Position numbers and translations under genes: made by a program
Part shown: piece by piece, positions 1-8,264 of the stretch
Numbering within the stretch: the stretch's first letter is position 1
Layout: each line of letters opens with the position of its first letter
Assembly: GCA_963814275.1 (NCBI GenBank)
Contig: CAWFCE010000002.1
Coordinates: forward strand, 1,003,263 to 1,067,262
DNA length: 64,000 nt
Direction: 5' to 3'
Source: Candidatus Parcubacteria bacterium
Lineage (GTDB): Bacteria > Patescibacteriota > Patescibacteriia > Patescibacteriales > UBA12075
The notes under the pieces: generated by a model
Told to the model about the DNA's origin: nothing
Database searches by the model: none
The model's input: the letters and a program-made list of their open reading frames with translations, nothing else

Positions 1-2
1 GG

Positions 3-1187
3 CAGGAGTTAGTTCTCGGTGATGTATCAAGGATATACGATGGCACACACCAAACTCCAGACTATGTTGAATCTGGTGTGCCTTTTTATAGCGTAGAACA
101 TGTAACATCAAATAATTTTTCTGATACTAAGTTTATATCCGAAGATATTTATTTAAATGAAAATGGAAGGGTGAGGGTAGAAAAAGGCGATATCTTAATG
201 ACTAGAATCGGTGATGTTGGGACAGCCAGACTTATAGATTGGGATGTCAAAGCGTCATTTTATGTATCGCTTGCTTTAATGAAGACCAATAATAAGGTGG
301 ACTCTAAATTTCTAGCTTATCAAATAAATTCTTATGAATTTATAAGAGAAATATGGGGAAAGACATTACATGTTGCATTTCCAAATAAAATTAATTTGGG
401 CGATATAAGTAAATGTAAAATAGTTCATCCACCCCTCCCCGAACAAAAACGGATCGTTAAGGTGCTGGAGGCTTGGGATGAGGTGATTGTGAAATTGACG
501 AGGAAGATTGAGATTAAGAAGAATATAAAAAAAGGTTTGATGCAGAGGTTGTTGACCCCGCCAAAGGGCGGGCAGGCGCCAAAGGTGCGGTTGCCGGGGT
601 TTACGGAGCCGTGGCAAAAATTAAAACTAGGGGAATGTATAAAAAGCGTCAGTAGCAGAAATAGAGATTTGAAAATTAACAGAGTTTTAAGCGTGACCAA
701 TAAAAATGGTTTTGTATTGCCGGCAGATCGTTTTGCAAGGGTAGTTGCCAGCGATGACCTTTCAAATTATAAGATAGTCAGAAAAGGACAATTTGCATAC
801 AATCCTTCTCGTATTAACGTAGGATCAATCGCGAGATTAGATAGCTACGATGAAGGAGCGCTTAGTCCTATGTATATAGTATTTAAAATTGAAAATTGTT
901 TAAATTCTGATTTTTTAAATCATTGGTTAAAAACCGGCGAGGCGAATTCACGTATTAGGAACATGGCCAGCGGGTCGGTGAGAGAGACTGTAGACTTTAA
1001 AAGCTTGTCCCTGATTAAGATTACACTTCCCGGAAGAGAAGAACAAGACAAAATAGCAGAAGTTTTAAACGTCTCGAATTCGGAAATAAATATACTGGAA
1101 AATAAATTGAATAAGTTAATAAACCAGAAGAAATATTTATTAAATAATTTAGTAACCGGGAGAATAAGAGTTCCGGAGAAAGTTTAA
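3..1187 (+). CDS. hsdS: Type I restriction-modification specificity subunit HsdS (5' end cut by window edge)
   Basis: Frame is open back to nt 3 (QELVLGDVSRIYDGTHQTPDYVESGVPFYSVEHV, a typical TRD start). Two variable target-recognition halves are separated by conserved helical spacers (PPLPEQKRIVKVLEAWDEVIVKL; LPGREEQDKIAEVLNVSNSEINILENKL). Confidence 0.85.
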   Translation, partial: QELVLGDVSRIYDGTHQTPDYVESGVPFYSVEHVTSNNFSDTKFISEDIYLNENGRVRVEKGDILMTRIGDVGTARLIDWDVKASFYVSLALMKTNNKVDSKFLAYQINSYEFIREIWGKTLHVAFPNKINLGDISKCKIVHPPLPEQKRIVKVLEAWDEVIVKLTRKIEIKKNIKKGLMQRLLTPPKGGQAPKVRLPGFTEPWQKLKLGECIKSVSSRNRDLKINRVLSVTNKNGFVLPADRFARVVASDDLSNYKIVRKGQFAYNPSRINVGSIARLDSYDEGALSPMYIVFKIENCLNSDFLNHWLKTGEANSRIRNMASGSVRETVDFKSLSLIKITLPGREEQDKIAEVLNVSNSEINILENKLNKLINQKKYLLNNLVTGRIRVPEKV

Positions 1188-1254
1188 TAAAAAATGTTAG
1201 GTGCGCAAGCGTCGGGATTGCTTCGTCGCTTCGCTCCTCGCAATGACATAAAAT

Positions 1255-4200
1255 ATGATTATTGAAGCTGATTTTGATGAAGCTAAACAGTCGCAGCTAC
1301 CGGCGGTGGAGCTGCTTATAAATATGGGCTATGTTTATTTGCCCCGGGAGCAGGTTATGGCTAGCCGCGGGGGTAATGCCGCGCGTTTTATTTTGAAAGA
1401 CATTGCTTATGAAAAATTGCGGGAGATCAATTCCTATGAATACAAAGGCGAAATATATAAATTTACCGATAAGAACATTAAGGACGCGGTTGATGAGCTC
1501 GATAATATCCAGCTGGAAGGGCTCATCGATACCTCCAAGGCGGTTTATGACATGATCATGCGGACCGGGGGCAAGACCATAACCGAAGTCGTGGACGGCA
1601 AAAAGACCTCGCAGAACTTCCGGTTTATCGATTTTGACAACCCGGCCAATAATATTTTCCATGTCAGCGTTGAATTCGAAGCCTCGGGCAAAGGCGATAT
1701 CCGGCCCGACATCGTCTGCTTCATCAACGGCATTCCGTTTGTCGTGATCGAAAACAAAAAATCCAGCGTCGATATAAAAGACGCGATCACGCAAATGCAC
1801 CGCAACCAGCAGCCGGAACACTGCCCGCGCCTTTTTATCTATCCGCAGCTTTTAATCGGCGCCAACAAATATAAATTCCAATACGGCACCACCGGCACAC
1901 CCGGTAAATTCTATACCGCCTGGAAAGAAAAAGGCTTGGCTGAAGAGGGCGTTACCGATAAAAAACAATTGGAACTGGACAAACAAGCCAGGCAGGCGGT
2001 TGAAGACAGGGCCAAAGAGCTGATCGCAAGGCCAATTGGCCAAGAAATTTATGCGCAAATACTGCGCGACCTAAACGGGGCGACCAAGAATCATACGCAA
2101 GTATTGGACCGCTTGCCGACTGAACAAGACAAGGGAATAGTTAGCCTACTTGAGCCGGCGCGCTTGTTCGAGCTCACCCGCAATTTTATCCTCTATGACG
2201 CCGGCATAAAAAAGGTGCCGCGCTATCAGCAATTTTTCGCCGTCAACAAAATCCTTCGGCAAATTGAGAGCGAAGAGCCGGGCAAGACCGGCGCGCGGCG
2301 CAAAGGCGGAATCGTCTGGCATACCCAGGGCTCGGGCAAATCGCTCACCATGGTGATGTTCGTCAAAGCCCTGATCGAGAAAAAGGAAATTGATAATCCG
2401 CGGATCATTATCGTAACCGACCGCCGGGATTTGAACAAGCAGATAGCCGATACTTTCCGGGATTGCAAACTGAAGAAAAAAGTCTATTCGCCCAAGAGCG
2501 GCCGGGATTTACTCCGGCAGATAAAAAATAAAAGCACGGACGTGATTACCGTGCTAGTGCATAAATTCGAAAGCGCGCGCTACTCCCGGGCGGACTTTTC
2601 TGATCCGGACAAGAATATCTTCGTGTTAATCGATGAGGCCCACCGCACCCAGGGCGGCGAGGCCAACCTGGAAATGAACCGCACTATCCCTAACGCCTGC
2701 TTTATCGCTTTTACCGGCACACCCCTCTTTAAAGAAGAAAAATCACAGCAGAAATTCGGCGAGTTTATCGACAAATACACGATCGACGATGCCTTGGCCG
2801 ACAAGGTGATATTGCCCCTGGTTTATGAGGGCCGCTATACGCAAATGAAGCAGGACCGGGAGAGAATGGACAAAAAAGTCGACCGCGTTTTAGACGGGCT
2901 AAAAACGGAACACAAGAAAATTCTGCAAGGCAAGGTGAGCGACGCGATTATCAAGAACAACCCCAACCGCATTACCGAAATCGCTTACGACATTGAACAG
3001 CATTTTATCGCCAATTTCCAAGGCACCGGCCTCAAAGGGCAAGTGGTTTCCCCTTCGAAATTTTCCGCCGTGCTATTTCAGGAGTATTTTGCCAAATCAG
3101 GCAAACTGGAACCCGGCGGTAGTGATATCAGACGTCGGCAGCAAAGAAGAAGACGAGGAAGACGATCACCGGAAACCGGTCCTTGATTTTCTAAGGCAAA
3201 AAAAGCATGAGTATAAAAGCCTGGAATCCTACGAAAGGCACGTAATCGACAGTTTTAAGAATAACCCGGACGGCGTCGAGCTGATTATCGTGGTCGACAA
3301 GCTACTTACGGGGTTTGACGCTCCGCGCAATACCGCCTTATGTGGCCAAAGACCTGCGCGACCACAACCTGCTCCAGGCGATTGCCCGGGTGAACCGCTT
3401 GTTCGAAGCCAAGCAACGCCGAAGACCTCCGGTTTTATCATCGACTATTCCGAAAATGCCAAGAATCTCGATACCGCCATGAAGCTATTCGGCAACTACG
3501 ACGATGACGATGTGAAATCCGCCCTGATCGATGTCAACGAAAAAATCCATGAACTGGAAAAGAGCTATGACATGCTTCATGAAATATTCAAGGATCTGAA
3601 AGGCACGCGCGACGATGAGGCCTACATCCAAAAATTATTCGAAGAGCCGGAGCGGGAGCTGTTTTACAAAGCGGTAAATGAATTTATTAAATTATTTAAC
3701 GAGTGCCTGGCTTTGCGGGAGTTTGCCAATGAATTCAAGGACCTCGACGTTTATAAAAATGAACTGGAAAAAATTCGATAATCTGCGGAAAACCGTCCGC
3801 ATCCGCTACGCCGATTCGATTGATTTTACCGAATACAAACAGCGTTTAGTTAAGATCCTTGATCAATACGTGGACGCCGAATCGGTGGAGATCATGACTA
3901 GGCAGATTAATATCAACGATAAAGAGGCGTTCGACCAGGCGATCGAAACCCTAGGGTCGAATAAGTCCAAAGCCGAAGCGATCGCCGCCCATACCAAGAA
4001 AACCATCCACGAAAGAGAGCATACGGATCCGGAATTCTATCGGCGTTTTTCCGACAAGATTGCCGATCTGCTCAATAAGCTGCACCAGAAGAAGCTGGAA
4101 GACCTGGAGGCCTTAAAGCAAATGAAAGAAATAAGCGCCCAGGTGATAAAAAAAGAAGATGAATCGATTCCGGCCGGTATAAAAAGTCCAAGGCGCGGAT

Positions 4201-4480
4201 ATATTTTACCGCAATTTACAATGTGAGTTTAAAAAGTATCGGCTTAGAGGGGGAAGCGTACAGTCAAATTATTTTAGACATATTCAGTCTGCTTAAAAAA
4301 GAAGCGATCGTCGATTGGTACCGGAATAGCGAGGTAAAAAGGATAATCACCAACAAAATCGATGACTATATTTATGACGAGGTAATTACCGAGCAAGGCA
4401 TAAAAATACCCAGCGAGGAAATTAAAAAAATAATAAATTCTATCATTGAGCTGGCGGTATTTAATCACGAAGTAATATAG
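1255..4480 (+). pseudogene. hsdR: Type I restriction enzyme R subunit HsdR, fragmented by multiple frameshifts
   Basis: Helicase motifs appear in the correct order but across changing frames: WHTQGSGKSLTMV (Walker A) and DEAHRTQ in frame 1; LLTGFDAPRNTAL in frame 2; YVAKDLRDHNLLQAIARVNRLFEAK in a third frame; then GFIIDY..., the C-terminal region, ADIFYRNLQ, and ...VDWYRNSEVKRIITNKIDDYIYDEV in further frames. Confidence 0.85.
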
Positions 4481-4532
4481 TATATATTCGCATGTCCCGC
4501 ATTTGTAGTGCGGGTGAGCGAAGCGAATAACA

Positions 4533-5252
4533 ATGACTAAACAGGTTTTTAGTTACGGCAAATATACTTATGATTATTATTTAATCAAGGAGGCGCGGCA
4601 AACGATCAGTTTGACCGTCAAGCCTGATTTGTCCGTGGTGCTCAAGAGCCCTATTGGCTACAGCAAAGAGAAAATCAATGCTTTTCTCAAGCGGAAATGG
4701 CTGTGGCTGGAAAAGCAGTTATCATTTTTTAAAAAGTTTCAGAATAATAATGGTAAAAAGGAATATATTTCCGGAGAAAGTTTTTTGTATTTGGGCCGGC
4801 AATATAAGTTGATTGTCTGCCAGGCCAAGAATAATCAGGTTAAGCTTGATCAAGGGAAGTTAATGCTGTTTACTAATGGTGGTGCGCGCAACGGCAAAAA
4901 TAATAAAAAAATTCTGGAAAAGTGGTACGAAGAAAAAACCAAGGATGTTTTATGCGCAAGATATCAAGAAGTATTGAAAAGTTTTAAAGTAAAAACAGTT
5001 CCTGATTTCGTTATAAAAAAAATGGATAAGCGCTGGGGCAGTTTTGTATCGAATAAAAAAATATTATTAAATCCTAAATTAATCCAAGCGCCGAAGTACT
5101 GCATCGATTACGTGATTACCCACGAGCTTTGCCACCTGGAGCGCAAGCGCCATGACAGCAATTTTTTTAAATTACTAGAGTCCAAGATTCCTAATTGGGA
5201 GAAGGTAAAGGAGAAGTTGGAGATGAAATTATTAACTGAAGGGAGGATGTAG
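4533..5252 (+). CDS. DUF45/YgjP-like (M48-type) zinc metallopeptidase, commonly linked to Type I R-M loci
   Basis: C-terminal HExxH motif (ITHELCHLERKRHDSNFFKLL) and overall YgjP-like layout; lies directly after hsdR. Confidence 0.8.
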   Translation: MTKQVFSYGKYTYDYYLIKEARQTISLTVKPDLSVVLKSPIGYSKEKINAFLKRKWLWLEKQLSFFKKFQNNNGKKEYISGESFLYLGRQYKLIVCQAKNNQVKLDQGKLMLFTNGGARNGKNNKKILEKWYEEKTKDVLCARYQEVLKSFKVKTVPDFVIKKMDKRWGSFVSNKKILLNPKLIQAPKYCIDYVITHELCHLERKRHDSNFFKLLESKIPNWEKVKEKLEMKLLTEGRM

Positions 5253-5260
5253 AAAATAAT

Positions 5261-6109
5261 ATGGGTGATGATATTATTGAGATTAAACCAAATTTTCATG
5301 GGTTGGGAGTAAATTTTAATGCTTTATATAAACGCATAATTAAAAAACAACCCAAAATTTCAGATATCCAAAATATCACTATGAGATTCGTACGAACATT
5401 CGAGGATCATGGTGTTGCTACCACTCAAATCCCACGATTAATCCCACAAATAAGCCTTGATAGCTTAAAAAATTTACCTGAGTCTTTAATCCCATCGCTT
5501 AATAATAAAGTAATTGATAAAGTTGTAAATTTATTTCAGATTAGACGCCAATGGATAGAAGGATTAAGCGTTCGGATGTATGATACATTGTGGTGTTATA
5601 AAAATCCTCATCGTTTTTTTAAAGATATCGCTAACCTTAATTTTAAAGAACCATTTTATTGTCCCATATTTGCTTTTTGCCAGTCAGATAAAATTGGTTA
5701 TAAACGATTTCGTGGTCAACCAATCGTTCTTGTACTTAACGAAAAAATTGTGGATTTGGATGATAATGAAATAAATCGATACAGAATTTATATGGATAGT
5801 TGGGACTGGGGATATTGGAAATGCCGTATACAATTAAAAGCCATGGTGCGTGTATTGTATATCCTCAAAGAAACTATAGTGCCTTTGTATAAAGTTAGTC
5901 CGGAGATTTTGGAAAAGATTAAGTCTGGTCGTCAAGTTCCGCATTCGTATATGATTGGAGCTAAGCGCTTACAAAATCTTTCACTTGAAGATTTTGTTTT
6001 GTATCCAAATGAAAGTGCAGTGTCCAAGGAATCAGATGAACTTGTTCAAGTTGAGAATTATATAGATAATTTCGATTTAGAAAATTTCGCTCGTAAAATA
6101 TTAAATTAA
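5261..6109 (+). CDS. hypothetical protein (282 aa), visibly AT-richer than neighbours
   Basis: Long uninterrupted ORF starting 9 nt after the DUF45 stop; no motif I recognise. Confidence 0.5.
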   Translation: MGDDIIEIKPNFHGLGVNFNALYKRIIKKQPKISDIQNITMRFVRTFEDHGVATTQIPRLIPQISLDSLKNLPESLIPSLNNKVIDKVVNLFQIRRQWIEGLSVRMYDTLWCYKNPHRFFKDIANLNFKEPFYCPIFAFCQSDKIGYKRFRGQPIVLVLNEKIVDLDDNEINRYRIYMDSWDWGYWKCRIQLKAMVRVLYILKETIVPLYKVSPEILEKIKSGRQVPHSYMIGAKRLQNLSLEDFVLYPNESAVSKESDELVQVENYIDNFDLENFARKILN

Positions 6110-6155
6110 TATTTAAAATTAATCTATATTATAATTTATATTACTTTTCAAACCT

Positions 6156-6364
6156 ATGACCAGACGCAAAACCGAGGACAAAAATATCCGTAAAATCTTT
6201 ATCCCGTTAAATAGTTTTCAAATTTAACAGGGTGAAAATCAGGCTCCAGTTACGCCGTCACGATTCCGCTCGAGATTGTAGACGCAATGAATATCCGCAA
6301 GGGGCAAAAGGTGGTGGTGAAGCGGAGCGGGAAAAGAATTATTATTGAGGATTGGGAAAGATGA
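6156..6364 (+). pseudogene. AbrB/SpoVT/MazE-like small DNA-binding protein, disrupted
   Basis: MTRRKTEDKNIRKI... runs into a stop after 23 codons. The typical swapped-hairpin segment (KSGSSYAVTIPLEIVDAMNIRKGQKVVVKRSGKRIIIEDWER*) continues in another frame with no start codon. Confidence 0.4.
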
Positions 6365-6395
6365 CATTTGACCTTTGACTTTTAACATTTAACAT
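6362..6395 (+). repeat. Heptad array GACNTTT x ~5 (left copy of a 33-34 nt direct repeat)
   Basis: tGACATTTGACCTTTGACTTTTAACATTTAACAT, ending 1 nt before the ATG at 6396. Confidence 0.8.
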
Positions 6396-6854
6396 ATGTC
6401 AAAAAATATGAAACCAATTAAAACAATCGCCGGGAAAGTTCTTTTGTATTTTTATTATGTGCAAAGGACAGATACGGCCAAACTCTTTGATTTGGTTTTG
6501 AATTTCCAGATGAGAGACTTAAATAGCCGACAGGAAGAAATGCCCATCTTGGGAAGAACAGATACTTTGGTCCAAAAAAATCTATTAAAGCTTACCGATA
6601 CTGCCAATAACCTATTTAACGCCCTTCGGTATTTGAGGGACTTGGATTTTATCGAGATGAAATACTCGCCGGACAGAACCAACGATCATTTTTCCCTCTT
6701 CCGCGTCAAGTCCGGCGGGGTGGACGCTATCGAAGCAATCCTCAGGGGCAAAGAAGAAAAAGAGGAGTTTTATACTACATTTAACATCAAGCTACCTGAT
6801 AAAACCGATATTGAGAGCCTGCTTGAAAAACAGTTAGGCAGTTTGTATGAATGA
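6396..6854 (+). CDS. hypothetical protein, paralog A (possible winged-helix-like)
   Basis: ORF is about two-thirds identical by eye to 7789..8235. The true start may be the second Met (MKPIK, nt 6408), as in the paralog. Confidence 0.6.
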   Translation: MSKNMKPIKTIAGKVLLYFYYVQRTDTAKLFDLVLNFQMRDLNSRQEEMPILGRTDTLVQKNLLKLTDTANNLFNALRYLRDLDFIEMKYSPDRTNDHFSLFRVKSGGVDAIEAILRGKEEKEEFYTTFNIKLPDKTDIESLLEKQLGSLYE

Positions 6855-6865
6855 ACATACGTTCA

Positions 6866-6898
6866 TGACATTTGACACCTGACTTTTGACATTTGACG
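6866..6898 (+). repeat. Heptad array GACNTTT x ~5 (right copy of the direct repeat)
   Basis: tGACATTTGACACCTGACTTTTGACATTTGACg, starting 12 nt after the stop of the 6396..6854 ORF. Confidence 0.8.
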
Positions 6899-7047
6899 AA
6901 TTATTTTTTCTGATCTTATTAAGAATGGTGAACGGAAGTCGGTCGATTTTATTGTAAAGCAATTAGAGGAGTTGGAGAAAAAGGGAGCTATAAAGTCCGT
7001 TTTGAAAGCAATGAAATAATAATTATCAATTATGAATATACAAGAGC

Positions 7048-7069
7048 CAGCCTTACCGGGCTGTTTTTT
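7048..7069 (+). terminator. Rho-independent terminator candidate
   Basis: cagcc-ttaccg-ggctg followed by tttttt. Confidence 0.5.
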
Positions 7070-7137
7070 GTTTGTCTTTGGAGTTTTTGGTATAATAAAA
7101 TTAATCTATACTATAATCTAGATTATTAAATAATGAT

Positions 7138-7627
7138 ATGACCAGAAAAAAAATCGAGGATATTATTGTCCGGCGGGCAAAAATAAAAGACATCGATGAT
7201 CTTCGTATATTGTACATAGAATTTATGAAATACCACGGCCGTATTGACCCGTTGTTGAAGATCACGAGTAAACCGGACGAAGAGGCGGCAAAGTATTTAA
7301 GAAAAACCATATACGGACGGGATACTATTTTGTTGGTGGCGGAAAGATCCGGCCGCATCGTCGGTCTTTTGGGCGCCGGGGTTAGCAAAATCCCTCCGAT
7401 TTACCGTTATCGTGATTTTGGGGTTATTTTCGACTTGTTTGTGTCAGGAACCACATCGCAGGCAAGGCATAGCCAGGCTAATGGTCCAGACTGCATTGGA
7501 TTGGTTCAAAGAAAAAGGAGTCAAAAGAATCGAAGTGGGGATGAGCGCCGCCAATGAACCGGCCATAAAGACCTGGGAAGGGCTCGGCTTTCAAAATGTT
7601 TTCTTTCGCAAGAGAAAAATAATATAG
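7138..7627 (+). pseudogene. GNAT family N-acetyltransferase with one frameshift near nt 7440-7450
   Basis: The N-terminal part (…RSGRIVGLLGAGV…VIFDLFVS) and the acetyl-CoA-binding part (QEPHRRQGIARLMVQTALDWFKEKGVKRIEVGMSAANEPAIKTWEGLGF) lie in different frames. Confidence 0.75.
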
Positions 7628-7788
7628 ATTATAATCTGGATTAAAACCGAAAAATTTTCTTTCCATTTGCCAAGAAAAAAATAAAATCCCGCCATGATGC
7701 TTTGGTAAAAATTATTGGTTAAAAAATTAATTAAATTACCCGCCTTCGTCCTTCGACAGGTTCAGGACTACGGCGAGGCAAGGAATAT

Positions 7789-8235
7789 ATGAAACCAATC
7801 AAAACGATCGCCGGGAAAGTTCTTTTGTATTCTTATTTTGTCCAAAGGACAGATTATGCCCGACTCTATGACACAGCTTTTAATTTTCATATGAGAGACT
7901 TTAATGCAAGACAAGAAAAAATGCCCATATTGGGCGGGAAAGATAGTTCGACCATAAAAAATCTATTGGAACTTACCGATAATGACAATAACCTTTATAA
8001 TGCCCTTAAGTATTTGGAGGACAAAGGTTTTATCTCCATGAAATGCACTTCGGACAGGGTTTGCGATCTTATTTCTGAGCTCCGCGTCTTATCCAACGGG
8101 GTGGATGTGATAGAAGCCATCCTAAGGGGCGAAAAAGAAAGACAAGAGTTTTATACTACGTTTAACATCAAGTTAGTGGATAAAATCGATATTGAGGGCC
8201 TGCTTGAAAAACAATTAGGCAGTTTGTATAAATGA
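7789..8235 (+). CDS. hypothetical protein, paralog B of 6396..6854
   Basis: 148-aa ORF with AAGGA upstream of the ATG. N-terminal 14 aa and C-terminal ~45 aa are nearly identical to paralog A. Confidence 0.6.
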   Translation: MKPIKTIAGKVLLYSYFVQRTDYARLYDTAFNFHMRDFNARQEKMPILGGKDSSTIKNLLELTDNDNNLYNALKYLEDKGFISMKCTSDRVCDLISELRVLSNGVDVIEAILRGEKERQEFYTTFNIKLVDKIDIEGLLEKQLGSLYK

Positions 8236-8264
8236 ATATAACCCGCCCGGGATCGTGGATGCAC

